A stretch of 32,962 bases of DNA from NCBI GenBank assembly GCA_039937075.1, contig JBDTHD010000277.1, forward strand, positions 1 through 32,962, in the 5' to 3' direction. The DNA comes from Ginsengibacter sp. GTDB taxonomy: Bacteria > Bacteroidota > Bacteroidia > Chitinophagales > Chitinophagaceae. A program made the translations under genes and the position numbers. Below are positions 8,742 to 18,207 of the stretch, piece by piece. The notes beneath the pieces are model-generated. The model saw nothing but the letters and a program-made list of their open reading frames with translations, ran no database searches and had not been told where the DNA came from. Numbering within the stretch: position 1 is the first letter of the stretch; the number at the start of each line of letters is the position of its first letter.

Positions 8742-10772
8742 TCATTCCACTACATACGTTTTTTTATCTTTTCCAATTGCGGTTAAAGTCAGCGATTTCC
8801 AGTTTTTTGGCAATGAAGTTTTTAATTGTACAATTCCTTTCGGAGTAATGTCTAAACCACCAAAACCAAAAAGTACACTTTGTAAATATCCGCCTGCACC
8901 GGTAGCAAAATAAGGATTCGTGCCTCCGGCAGTTTCTGCCATAACTCCAAAAGGTGGTAATTTATTAGGAATATAGGATTCTTCAAATGCATTCCACGCT
9001 TTTTCAGGTTCATTAAGCCTTGCATATAAAATCGTGAAAATCGCGTGCGTCATTGCCGGAGAACCTTCCCCTATCCTGCTTTCATAATAGGCAAGGTCTT
9101 TTTTTATTTGCGCAGGATCCGTAATTTCTTTTAATGGATAAGCCAATAAATTTACATCGGCCTGTTTTATTTTAATGCCATTGTATCCAGCATATTCTGA
9201 GGTAACACCATTGGGCAATTTTAAAATCGGAATATTTTTTTCTACCGCAGCCCAATCTGTGTCAACTGGCTGGTGCAAAATTTCGGCCGCCATAATTGCA
9301 TACCGCAAATTGGCTTTTGCAGCGGCATTGGTAAAGGCATTGTTATCTACATTTTCCGCCCACTCGTCGGCGGCAACTACATTATTAATATCATAATGGC
9401 CAGGACCGTTTCTTTCCACGCGGCTTGCCCAGAAATCAGCGCAATCTTTTATCATCGGAAACCCTTTTGCACGAAGCCATGAAGTATCCTGCGTTACGGC
9501 ATAATAATTCCATGCGGCAATCGCCACATCCGCGGTTATGTGGTGTTCAAAAGGGCCACTCAAAGCCCACACAGGTGTTTCTTCATTTCCGCTCGCAGCA
9601 CTTTCCCATGGGTACATCGCACCTTTATATCCATGAGCAAACGCATTATTTTCCGCTTCTTTCAGTCTTTCAAACCGGTATTCCATCATACTTTTCGCCA
9701 TCTCCGGATGCAAAACCAACAGCGCGGGAAACATCCAGATTTCAGCATCCCAGAAAACATGGCCGTTATAACCAAGCCCGCTCAAACCCATTGGAGACGG
9801 GCTATACGCTGTTCCTCCCCTCACAAAGGAATACAAATGATACATAGCAGAATGAACGTCGCGCTGGCTTTCGGAATCTCCTGCAATTTCTATATCACTC
9901 TTCCATATTTTATCCCAGGCTTCATCATGGAACTTTATCAAATTTTTTGTGCCTTGCAGTTTTGCATAAATAACGTAGCGCTGCGATTCATTAAAAGGAT
10001 CTTCATGTTGCGCAGTTGTGATTGACGCACCCGCAATCGCGAAATGATAAGTAGTGCCAGCTTTCAGCTCTTTTTTAAATTTTAAAAGATGCATATTATT
10101 GTCCCACATTTCATGAATCAATTCCGGTTCGGAACCATGAGGTTCGTCAAATAAAAAAGTAGTACAGGATCCAAAAGTCAATTTTCCTGTCGGGCTTTTT
10201 GCTACTGAAGAAAGCAAACTTATTTCTACATGCGGCCTGTCTATTTGATTGTAATAATTCTGCACGTCACGCAGCTCGTCAGGCGCCTGCATTACGCTTG
10301 CGGGAATAATTTCTATATCTTTTTTAGCAGTGATGGTAACATCTACCAACACAGTATACGGCAAATTTCGCAAAGCGTAGTAAGTATAAGATACGGTCGC
10401 TTTATCCTGGTAATCGAAAGTCGTTTTTAAATTGGCATGCTTCATATCCAACACCTGATTCATATTTTTTGCATCAGCAGAACCAATGCGGTGCCCATCA
10501 ATATCAAGATCCATATCTACCAGGTTGAAACTTTTTAAAAAATTACTTACCATTCCCCTTCCGTATTGATCATAAGCGCCGTTTAAAACAACCGTTTTAC
10601 ATTTTAGAGGTTCTGCAGAAGAAACGATTCCGATTACTCCATTGGCAACCGTTTCGCCATAATAATTGGATGGATCAATTTTGTCGGCGGTAATTTTCCA
10701 GGGATCAATTGTTTGAGAAAAAGAAAAGAAATAAATAAAAGTGAAGAAGCTGAAGAAAATAAATCTTTTCAT
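8742..10772 (-). CDS. Secreted glycoside hydrolase family 65 (kojibiose hydrolase / alpha-1,2-glucosidase-like)
   Basis: Signal peptide followed by YNGHVFWDAE, YPWES, HITADVA, ADEW and IKQADV, all GH65 motifs. Confidence 0.9.
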   Translation of the reverse strand: MKRFIFFSFFTFIYFFSFSQTIDPWKITADKIDPSNYYGETVANGVIGIVSSAEPLKCKTVVLNGAYDQYGRGMVSNFLKSFNLVDMDLDIDGHRIGSADAKNMNQVLDMKHANLKTTFDYQDKATVSYTYYALRNLPYTVLVDVTITAKKDIEIIPASVMQAPDELRDVQNYYNQIDRPHVEISLLSSVAKSPTGKLTFGSCTTFLFDEPHGSEPELIHEMWDNNMHLLKFKKELKAGTTYHFAIAGASITTAQHEDPFNESQRYVIYAKLQGTKNLIKFHDEAWDKIWKSDIEIAGDSESQRDVHSAMYHLYSFVRGGTAYSPSPMGLSGLGYNGHVFWDAEIWMFPALLVLHPEMAKSMMEYRFERLKEAENNAFAHGYKGAMYPWESAASGNEETPVWALSGPFEHHITADVAIAAWNYYAVTQDTSWLRAKGFPMIKDCADFWASRVERNGPGHYDINNVVAADEWAENVDNNAFTNAAAKANLRYAIMAAEILHQPVDTDWAAVEKNIPILKLPNGVTSEYAGYNGIKIKQADVNLLAYPLKEITDPAQIKKDLAYYESRIGEGSPAMTHAIFTILYARLNEPEKAWNAFEESYIPNKLPPFGVMAETAGGTNPYFATGAGGYLQSVLFGFGGLDITPKGIVQLKTSLPKNWKSLTLTAIGKDKKTYVVE

Positions 10773-10995
10773 TTAGATAAATTTTTAAAATTAATTGCAA
10801 TAAATGTAAACTAATTAGTGGTATGGAAAAGAAGATAGTTCAATAAAATTACCACACCGGATCGCAAAAAATAAAAGCAAAATTTTATTTTAAACTTCCC
10901 TTTATTTTTTGTTAATTGATAATTTATATTTAAAAGATTACCGGTTCAATACATTCATTCGTTATTTTGCAGCGCTTATAAATTTATTTCTAAAA

Positions 10996-11949
10996 ATGAA
11001 AAAAATACTGGTAATTCTTTTATCTATACTTATCCTGGTTTCTGTTTGCTCTTACATTTTTATTCCCTCTACATTGCAAATTTCAAAAGCAGATTACGCG
11101 CAATGTAATGTGTATGGGGCTTACCGGACCTTAAGCAATAAAAATACATGGATAAAATGGTGGCCGGAAAATTCTGATTCCTCTGTAAATCAAGACAGTT
11201 CAGGCAAACAATCATTTTTCTACAAAGGATTCAATTATCAGTTGTCCCAAAAATTTTATAATGCGATCGACGTTCAGATGCGAACCAACCATTCAACAAT
11301 TGACAGCAGAATTGTTCTTATCAAAATAAAAAATGATTCTGTTATTTTAGACTGGAAGTGCAATCTTGAAACAAGTTTGAATCCCATTACCAGAATTTTA
11401 AAATACACAGAAGCCGAAAAGATCAGGAACAATATGACAGATATTCTTTCTCATCTTCGTTCTTTTCTTAATGATCAAAAAAATATTTATGGAGTCAAAT
11501 TTAATGTCATGATGTCTAAAGATTCCACGATGGTGCTTACGAAAAATGTTGCTAAAAAATATCCATCTACTTCTGACATATATGGGTTGATTGGAAATTT
11601 GAAAAAATACATTGCAGCCGAAGATGCCAAAGAAAATAATTTTCCGATGCTGCATGTAAAAACGCTAAACGATTCTACGTACGAGACGATGGTCGCAATT
11701 CCGGTAAATAAAAAACTGGCGGGAACCAGCAATATTTCTTTTAGCCGTTTTGTTCCCTGGAAAGTTTTAACGGCTGAAGTAACAGGAGGAAATTATGCAG
11801 TGGACCAGGCATTACAACAAATGAAAAATGTCATCAGTGATTATCAATTAACTCCCATGGCCATTCCGTTTGAATCGTTAGTGACTAATAGAATGCAGGA
11901 ACCTGATAGTTCCAAATGGGTTACCCGAATTTATGTCCCTGTTCCGTAA
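10996..11949 (+). CDS. Membrane-anchored protein with SRPBCC-like N-domain and GyrI-like effector-binding C-domain
   Basis: Likely ATG at 10996 (MKKILVILLSIL). WIKWWP in the N-part; EVTGGNY...PFESLVTNR...WVTRIYVPV resembles the GyrI-like C-terminus. Confidence 0.65.
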   Translation: MKKILVILLSILILVSVCSYIFIPSTLQISKADYAQCNVYGAYRTLSNKNTWIKWWPENSDSSVNQDSSGKQSFFYKGFNYQLSQKFYNAIDVQMRTNHSTIDSRIVLIKIKNDSVILDWKCNLETSLNPITRILKYTEAEKIRNNMTDILSHLRSFLNDQKNIYGVKFNVMMSKDSTMVLTKNVAKKYPSTSDIYGLIGNLKKYIAAEDAKENNFPMLHVKTLNDSTYETMVAIPVNKKLAGTSNISFSRFVPWKVLTAEVTGGNYAVDQALQQMKNVISDYQLTPMAIPFESLVTNRMQEPDSSKWVTRIYVPVP

Positions 11950-12012
11950 TCTGCAACCATGCATTTTTTGAAAAGGTTTAGAATAGTTTAGTTTGTTCCA
12001 ATTGTCCCATTA

Positions 12013-12039
12013 CAGTAAACAAACTTATAACCGATATTT
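12013..12039 (+). repeat. Dispersed AGTAAAC motif copy
   Basis: CAGTAAACAAAC-TTAT-AACCGAT-ATTT. Confidence 0.7.
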
Positions 12040-12302
12040 CTATTCTACAAACAAGCGTTTATTCTATCCCGTCCAGATATTTTTATTTAAGTCGGCAGTT
12101 AATTCATAATAGCCGCCATCCGCCTCAAATCTATCCTATTAAATGGAAAACAAAATCAAATGATCCGTCTTACAATAATTGGGCGCTATTTCCGGACGAA
12201 AGTTCTTTTTCAGCTAACAAACCATAAGGGGTCATTAATAAATCCTTTTACATTCTGCCTTCGGCTTTTATCCATATCTTTAATTTATTAAATGATTATA
12301 GC

Positions 12303-12737
12303 ATGAAAAGTGTTCTCTTGTTTGTGTTTACAGCAGGTTTTGCAATGAATGGTTTCTGCCAGTCTAACGATTCTACCGCCATTGTCCGGTTGCTTGAAAA
12401 AGAATCCGCGACATGGCGCTCCGGCGACACTGCCGCTCATGCAGCATGCTGGCAAATAGAACCCCATAGCAACATAATAGTAATGACAGCCGATGGAAAA
12501 ACATTCGCGGTTCCGGTTGACAAAATCGTTCATCCCGCACCGGGAACAATGGGCCAGGGCGGCACCTCAAAAAATAGTAATTACACAATGAGCATTCATG
12601 GAACAACGGCTTTGGTCACTCACAATGAAACATCCACTTCCGTAAACGGCGCGGTGAATCATACGTATGAAGTGCGCATGTTAGAAAAAATAAATGGTCA
12701 ATGGAAACTGACAGGGCAAATCATACAGGTACTTTAG
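12303..12737 (+). CDS. Exported NTF2-like (SnoaL/DUF4440) protein
   Basis: Signal peptide, N-terminal helix with ATWRSGD, and C-terminal strands ending LEKINGQWKL, typical of the NTF2-like fold. Confidence 0.75.
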   Translation: MKSVLLFVFTAGFAMNGFCQSNDSTAIVRLLEKESATWRSGDTAAHAACWQIEPHSNIIVMTADGKTFAVPVDKIVHPAPGTMGQGGTSKNSNYTMSIHGTTALVTHNETSTSVNGAVNHTYEVRMLEKINGQWKLTGQIIQVL

Positions 12738-12805
12738 CGATAGCGTCTTTGCTCTTCATTCTTAAAGTCTCCGCAAGGAACGAATGCGCAAGATTCCACC
12801 AACAA

Positions 12806-12832
12806 TAGTAAACAAAGAAATAAGGCATGTTT
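12806..12832 (+). repeat. Dispersed AGTAAAC motif copy
   Basis: TAGTAAACAAAG-AAAT-AAGGCAT-GTTT. Confidence 0.7.
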
Positions 12833-13168
12833 TTATTTTTAAATTCATAACGCCTCTCAATCCTCGTCTTCACAAATCTTCTTTTTTTAGTAACGGATCA
12901 TCTTACTGCACCAGAAGGAAAAACGCGAAAAGTTTTAATGATAACTTCACTTAATTTCAATGTAGAATTCCGCAAAGAACAATGACATGTGTATTACAAC
13001 TCACGGAAATAAATCATGATGAATTTATTCAGTTGGCTCAATTGAAAAAACGGGTTTCGGCTTATGACAATCGTAAATGACGCTAATTGAATATAAAATA
13101 TTTTGAAATTTAAATAACCTTTTATTGGGCTATCAATTCATTATTCAGGTTATATTCTTCATAAAGAA

Positions 13169-13693
13169 ATGATTAATTCTTTAATTGAAGAAGTATCAGA
13201 TGTTGCAAAAACACTTGGCTGGTCAAGCTATGTTTTTAATAATGAAAATATCAAAGGCGTTTCTTTTGCTCCGGGAAAAAGCGAACCTATCTTTCTCACA
13301 TTCAATCCGGATGGAAGGCTGCTTTCGCCATTCAATATTATCTGTAAAAATATTTATGATGGTGTTCAATTAGATAAAGAACTGATGTTTACTACCAGTA
13401 CAAAAACTCAATATGCGGGCTTAGACGCACATGCTGCAATCATTGATTTTTTAAAACATCTTTCCAAAAAATATTTGAAAAATTTTAATCTGACAGATCA
13501 AGGGTATTATTGGGAAACCGGCGATAAAAAACTTTTGATAAAACAATTTAGTAGATACGAAGCCGCGATGGATATATTTTCTGAAGCTTTAAAAGAGATG
13601 CCTGCAATTCCAAATGAAACATCAGAATCGCTGGTTGAAAGATTGGAAAGGCTTTTAAAAGAAAAGTTTGGCGGTGGAAAAGATCCAGGTTAA
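13169..13693 (+). CDS. Hypothetical protein; frame is open upstream to an ATT at 13124
   Basis: 174-aa ORF with STKTQYAG and DQGYYWETGD. In-frame upstream extension is IGLSIHYSGYILHKE. Confidence 0.75.
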   Translation: MINSLIEEVSDVAKTLGWSSYVFNNENIKGVSFAPGKSEPIFLTFNPDGRLLSPFNIICKNIYDGVQLDKELMFTTSTKTQYAGLDAHAAIIDFLKHLSKKYLKNFNLTDQGYYWETGDKKLLIKQFSRYEAAMDIFSEALKEMPAIPNETSESLVERLERLLKEKFGGGKDPG

Positions 13694-13744
13694 TTGATTT
13701 TCAAATTTAATTTCATTGGCAAAATATTGGTAAACCTAAACTGG

Positions 13745-13771
13745 GAAATCATCTTATTTGTTTGTTTACTA
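13745..13771 (-). repeat. Dispersed AGTAAAC motif copy
   Basis: Minus strand TAGTAAACAAAC-AAAT-AAGATGA-TTTC. Confidence 0.7.
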
Positions 13772-13875
13772 ACCGCGATTTCAATGACGAATTACTTTTT
13801 ATATACTCTACATTCGTCATTTTCTTAAGCAAGATTATTAATCCCCTGACATAGTGTCTCAATTTTTTAATTTGT

Positions 13876-13883
13876 TATCTTTG
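13876..13883 (+). promoter_or_regulatory. Bacteroidota sigma-A -7 element for miaB
   Basis: TATCTTTG matches TAnnTTTG, 25 bp before the ATG. Confidence 0.65.
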
Positions 13884-13908
13884 CCCACCTTAGATTAAAA
13901 ATTGAAAA

Positions 13909-15324
13909 ATGCTGGAATTAACTTTAGATAAAACACATGATGAAAGCAGGCAGGGCGAAGCATTTTCAACAAAAAACCTCCTTAAAAATTCCTTCGAAAA
14001 AAAGTTTTATATAGAAAGTTATGGTTGTGCAATGAACTTTGCTGACAGTGAGGTAATCGCTTCCATTTTGCAAAAAGAAGGATTTGGAATTACTCCCCGT
14101 TTTGAAGATGCAGACATGATATTCATCAACACCTGTTCCATTCGTGAAAAGGCAGAGATAACGGTAAGAAAAAGATTGACAGAATTCAAGAAAATGAAAA
14201 AAGACAACCCGGGTCTGCTCGTTGGCGTATTGGGTTGCATGGCCGAAAGGTTGAAATCAAAATTCCTTGAAGAAGAAAAACTGGTAGATATCGTAGTTGG
14301 TCCGGATGCATATCGTACACTTCCCGCATTAATTGAAGAAGCAGAAAGTGGCCAAAAGGGTGTGAATGTTTTATTAAGCCGCGAGGAAACGTATGGGGAT
14401 ATTTCCCCGATAAGACTGAACAGCAACGGTGTTACTGCTTTTGTAAGCATTATGCGCGGTTGTAATAACATGTGTTCTTTTTGCGTGGTTCCGTTTACGC
14501 GTGGTCGGGAACGCAGCCGTGATACTGACTCCATAGTAAGAGAATGCACGGAACTTTTTAATGAAGGCTATCGCGAAGTAACGCTTCTCGGACAAAATGT
14601 AGACAGTTATCAATGGATAAATTCATCTGATAATTCGGTAGTTTCTTTCGCCAATTTGCTGGAAAAAGTAGCGCAGATTTCTCCTTTACTCCGTGTAAGA
14701 TTTTCAACTTCTCATCCGAAAGATATTACAGACCAGGTTTTGTTCACCATGAAAAAATACGATAACATTTGTAATTACATTCATCTTCCCGTACAAAGCG
14801 GAAGTACGAAAATATTACAAATGATGAACCGCACTTACACTCGCGAATGGTACATTTCAAAAGTAAACCGGATAAGAGAAATTCTTCCGGCATGCGGTTT
14901 GTCAACAGATTCCATCACGGGTTTTTGTGGAGAAACGGAAGAAGACCACAAAGAAACTTTAAGTCTTTTTGAATATTGTGAATACGATTTAGCTTATATG
15001 TATTTCTATTCTGAACGCCCGGGAACCCTTGCTGAAAGAAGATTTAAAGACGATGTTCCACTGGAGGTGAAGAAACGAAGATTGCAGGAAATTGTGGCCT
15101 TGCATCGTATTCATTCTTTGAAAAGTATGGAAAGAGATTTGGGAAAAACATTTAAGGTTTTAATAGAAGGTAATTCTAAAAAGAGTGAGGAAGATTGGGC
15201 AGGAAGAACGGATCATAATAAAGTAGCGGTATTTCCAAAAACAGGAAACGAAAAGAAAGGAGATTATGTAAATGTGTTTATTGAAAATTGTACAGCAGGA
15301 ACTTTGATTGGAAAAATAAAATGA
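13909..15324 (+). CDS. miaB: tRNA-2-methylthio-N6-dimethylallyladenosine synthase MiaB
   Basis: UPF0004 motifs (SYGCAMN, NTCSIRE, GCMAER), radical [19 protein letters not shown], and a C-terminal TRAM domain. Confidence 0.97.
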   Translation: MLELTLDKTHDESRQGEAFSTKNLLKNSFEKKFYIESYGCAMNFADSEVIASILQKEGFGITPRFEDADMIFINTCSIREKAEITVRKRLTEFKKMKKDNPGLLVGVLGCMAERLKSKFLEEEKLVDIVVGPDAYRTLPALIEEAESGQKGVNVLLSREETYGDISPIRLNSNGVTAFVSIMRGCNNMCSFCVVPFTRGRERSRDTDSIVRECTELFNEGYREVTLLGQNVDSYQWINSSDNSVVSFANLLEKVAQISPLLRVRFSTSHPKDITDQVLFTMKKYDNICNYIHLPVQSGSTKILQMMNRTYTREWYISKVNRIREILPACGLSTDSITGFCGETEEDHKETLSLFEYCEYDLAYMYFYSERPGTLAERRFKDDVPLEVKKRRLQEIVALHRIHSLKSMERDLGKTFKVLIEGNSKKSEEDWAGRTDHNKVAVFPKTGNEKKGDYVNVFIENCTAGTLIGKIK

Positions 15325-15336
15325 AAGTCAAGTAAC

Positions 15337-15651
15337 ATGGTAATAGAATTAAAAAACAATATTGAAGAAATCAAAGAAATTTGTCGCAAAATGCAGGTTC
15401 AATCTTTGTATCTTTTTGGATCAGGAAGTACGCAAAAAAATCATACCATCGAAAGCGATCTGGACTTTATTTTCAAATTTAAAAAAGATGAGAATGGGTT
15501 ACCAATTTCAGGTTATGATTATTTTGACCTGATGTTTGATCTTGAACGAATTACGGGTAAAAAAATAGATCTTGTGGCAGCAGAAAAAATAAAAAATAGA
15601 TATTTCCTGGACAGAGTTAATCAGGAAAAAATAAAAATCTATGAATCCTGA
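15337..15651 (+). CDS. mntA: Minimal nucleotidyltransferase (MNT) antitoxin, copy 1
   Basis: LYLFGS-x11-DLD and GKKIDLV; 104 aa. Confidence 0.88.
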   Translation: MVIELKNNIEEIKEICRKMQVQSLYLFGSGSTQKNHTIESDLDFIFKFKKDENGLPISGYDYFDLMFDLERITGKKIDLVAAEKIKNRYFLDRVNQEKIKIYES

Positions 15652-15697
15652 ATCCTTCAAATTCAATAAATAAAGATTAGGATTCGATTAAAAAAAT

Positions 15698-16012
15698 GTG
15701 ATGGTAAAAATTGTAGAAAATAATATCCCAATAATCATTGAACTATGCAAAAAACATAACTTGAAATCACTTTATCTTTTTGGCAGTGCAACTGACGTAA
15801 AATATTTCAATGATAAAAGTGATGTGGATTTTTTATACGAATACGACAAAGGCAAAATTGCAGAATTAGATTATGCTGATAATTATTTTGATTTTCTTTT
15901 TTCACTTCAAAATATTTTGAAAAGAAATATCGATTTAATGCCAAATGAAAAATTAAAAAATCCATATTTATTAAAGCAAATCAATAGCGAAAAAATAAAA
16001 ATTTATGGCTAA
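15698..16012 (+). CDS. mntA: Minimal nucleotidyltransferase (MNT) antitoxin, copy 2
   Basis: LYLFGS-x11-DVD and KRNIDLM; overlaps the downstream HEPN gene. Start may be the ATG at 15701. Confidence 0.88.
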   Translation: MMVKIVENNIPIIIELCKKHNLKSLYLFGSATDVKYFNDKSDVDFLYEYDKGKIAELDYADNYFDFLFSLQNILKRNIDLMPNEKLKNPYLLKQINSEKIKIYG

Positions 16013-16337
16013 AGATGCAAATGCTTTTTTATCCGATGTAATTGGTTCTATTGCAATAATTCAAAATCATTTGGTTGAAGTAAAAAGTCTCAACGAGTAT
16101 GAAAATAATTTTTTGACTACTGATGCTGTTGAACGAAGATTAGCAATAATCGGTGAAGCTTTGGCGAAGGCATCAAAATTGAATCCTGAAATTACGGTCT
16201 CTCATCAAAAGAAAATAATTGCATTAAGACATATTATCGTCCATGATTATGATTTGGTCGATAGCAATGCAATCTGGGCAATTGTAAAAGTTTATCTCCC
16301 AGTTTTAAAAGAAGAAATCTCAAAATATTTAGATTAA
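16005..16337 (+). CDS. hepT: HEPN/DUF86 ribonuclease toxin (HepT-like)
   Basis: AVERRLAIIGEA and the RX4HXY motif RHIIVHDY; 110 aa. Confidence 0.9.
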   Translation: MAKDANAFLSDVIGSIAIIQNHLVEVKSLNEYENNFLTTDAVERRLAIIGEALAKASKLNPEITVSHQKKIIALRHIIVHDYDLVDSNAIWAIVKVYLPVLKEEISKYLD

Positions 16338-16343
16338 AAATAA

Positions 16344-17579
16344 ATGGATCAGCAAGCAATAAAAAACAGGTTTGGAATTATTGGAAATTCTCCCGGATTG
16401 GTTCATGCGCTTGATGTGGCGATACAGGTATCCAATACCGATTTGAGCGTTTTAATCAATGGCGAAAGCGGCGTGGGAAAAGAAGTTTTCTCGCATATTA
16501 TCCACTCTTTATCTGCCCGAAAACACAATCCTTTTATAGCCGTAAACTGCGGAGCCATTCCCGAAGGAACGATTGACTCAGAGCTTTTTGGCCACGAAAA
16601 AGGATCTTTTACCGGCGCAGTAGATTCACGAAAAGGTTATTTTGAAACGGTGAATAGTGGTACTATTTTCCTGGATGAAATTGGCGAACTTCCTTTGGGT
16701 ACGCAAGCACGTTTATTGCGTGTGCTGGAAGCCGGAGAATATATCCGCGTTGGTTCTTCCAAAGTACAAAAAACGGACGTTAGAGTGATAGCAGCCTCTA
16801 ACAAAGACCTGTTAGAATATACGCATACCGGAAGATTTAGAGAAGACTTATATTATCGCTTAAATACTGTTCCCATAAGGGTTCCGGCATTGCGCGACAG
16901 GAAGGAAGATATTCCTTTATTGTTTAGAAAATTTGCGGTAGATTTTTCCGAAAAATATAAGTCACCACCTGTTCAGTTAACCGATGAAGCCCGGGATATT
17001 TTAGTAAATTATCCATGGCCGGGAAACATCAGGGAACTAAAAAATATTGCTGAACAGATCTCTGTTCTAACAAAAGACAAATCAATAACTGCGGATGACA
17101 TGAGGCATTTTTTACCTGAAACCAATTTCAACCGGCTTCCGGTTCTTTCCACTCATCATGATGGACCCAATCAAAAGGAATTTGCCAACGAAAGGGAAAT
17201 TTTATACAAATTGTTTTTTGATGTAAAGAAAGATGTGACCGAGTTAAAAAGAATGTTTTTTGATGTGTTGCAAAACCCAAATTCAATAAATGAAAATCAT
17301 TTCAGGAATGAACCGATATTAAATGATTTTCACAACGAACAAAGGCCGCCGGCAATTTCTTCCGGACAACCCGTTGTACTTCAAAATAACACCAACCACA
17401 ATAATATTGACGAACACCAGGAAGTAGAAGAATCGCTCAGCATAATGGATGCGGAAAAAGATTTAATTATCAAAGCGCTAAAAAAACATCGGGGCAAAAG
17501 AAGAGACGCCTCCAGCGACCTTGGCATTAGCGAAAGAACCTTGTATAGAAAATTAAAAGAGTATAATATCAACGAATAG
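16344..17579 (+). CDS. Sigma-54 interaction domain (AAA+) Fis-family regulator
   Basis: Walker A GESGVGKE, ELFGHEKGSFTGA, FLDEIGE, FREDLYYRL, WPGNIREL, and C-terminal HTH LGISERTLYRKLK. Confidence 0.95.
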   Translation: MDQQAIKNRFGIIGNSPGLVHALDVAIQVSNTDLSVLINGESGVGKEVFSHIIHSLSARKHNPFIAVNCGAIPEGTIDSELFGHEKGSFTGAVDSRKGYFETVNSGTIFLDEIGELPLGTQARLLRVLEAGEYIRVGSSKVQKTDVRVIAASNKDLLEYTHTGRFREDLYYRLNTVPIRVPALRDRKEDIPLLFRKFAVDFSEKYKSPPVQLTDEARDILVNYPWPGNIRELKNIAEQISVLTKDKSITADDMRHFLPETNFNRLPVLSTHHDGPNQKEFANEREILYKLFFDVKKDVTELKRMFFDVLQNPNSINENHFRNEPILNDFHNEQRPPAISSGQPVVLQNNTNHNNIDEHQEVEESLSIMDAEKDLIIKALKKHRGKRRDASSDLGISERTLYRKLKEYNINE

Positions 17580-17669
17580 CTCATAGTTAGTAGTTCGTTA
17601 ATTAAATTCCGGCGATGATACAACTATCAGATTCTTTTCTACATTCATGTTTAAAATTATCTCAAAAAA

Positions 17670-18197
17670 ATGCAAATCAAATCAACGATAAAACTCTTCG
17701 CTTTGCTAAGTTTTGTGGCTATTACATTTAGTTTTGCGACGTGCAAATATTCCTTTAAAGATACCTCTCCGATTCCGGCTGATATTACGACTTTCAGAGT
17801 AACTCAATTCGGCAATAGGGCGCGTTATGTAAATCCCACTGTCGCTCCACAATTAACAGAAAAATTAAGGCAAAAAATCATTGGCCAAACAAGGTTGCGT
17901 GAAACTAAAAATGACGACGCCAATTATGACATAAGCGGTTACGTGTCCGATTATAGTGTAACAACGAGTGGCGTGGCCAACCAGGGCGCTACGAGCAACC
18001 GGCTAAATGTTTCATTTCATCTTATCTTTAAAAATACTGTAGACCCGGACCCCGCAAAGAGTTTTGAGACGGACCTTACCAGCAATTACGATTTTAAATC
18101 AACCCAGACATTACAGGAAGCTGAATCCGATTTGATGGATAATATAATTAAGACGGTAACAGATGCTATCTTCAACAAAATATTTTCTAACTGGTAA
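17670..18197 (+). CDS. lptE: LPS assembly lipoprotein LptE (Bacteroidota type)
   Basis: Lipoprotein signal with C-KYSF and C-terminal IFSNW; located after the sigma54-type regulator, as usual in Bacteroidota. Confidence 0.8.
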   Translation: MQIKSTIKLFALLSFVAITFSFATCKYSFKDTSPIPADITTFRVTQFGNRARYVNPTVAPQLTEKLRQKIIGQTRLRETKNDDANYDISGYVSDYSVTTSGVANQGATSNRLNVSFHLIFKNTVDPDPAKSFETDLTSNYDFKSTQTLQEAESDLMDNIIKTVTDAIFNKIFSNW

Positions 18198-18207
18198 TCA
18201 ATAAGCG

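Noticed and set aside
12159-12290. 43-codon ORF MIRLTIIGRYFRTK... upstream of the NTF2-like gene
   Set aside because: No recognisable features; compatible with chance in intergenic DNA.
16590-16620. GSFTGA instead of GAFTGA, and no sensory domain, in the sigma54-type regulator
   Set aside because: Common variant of this conserved Bacteroidota gene; not unusual.
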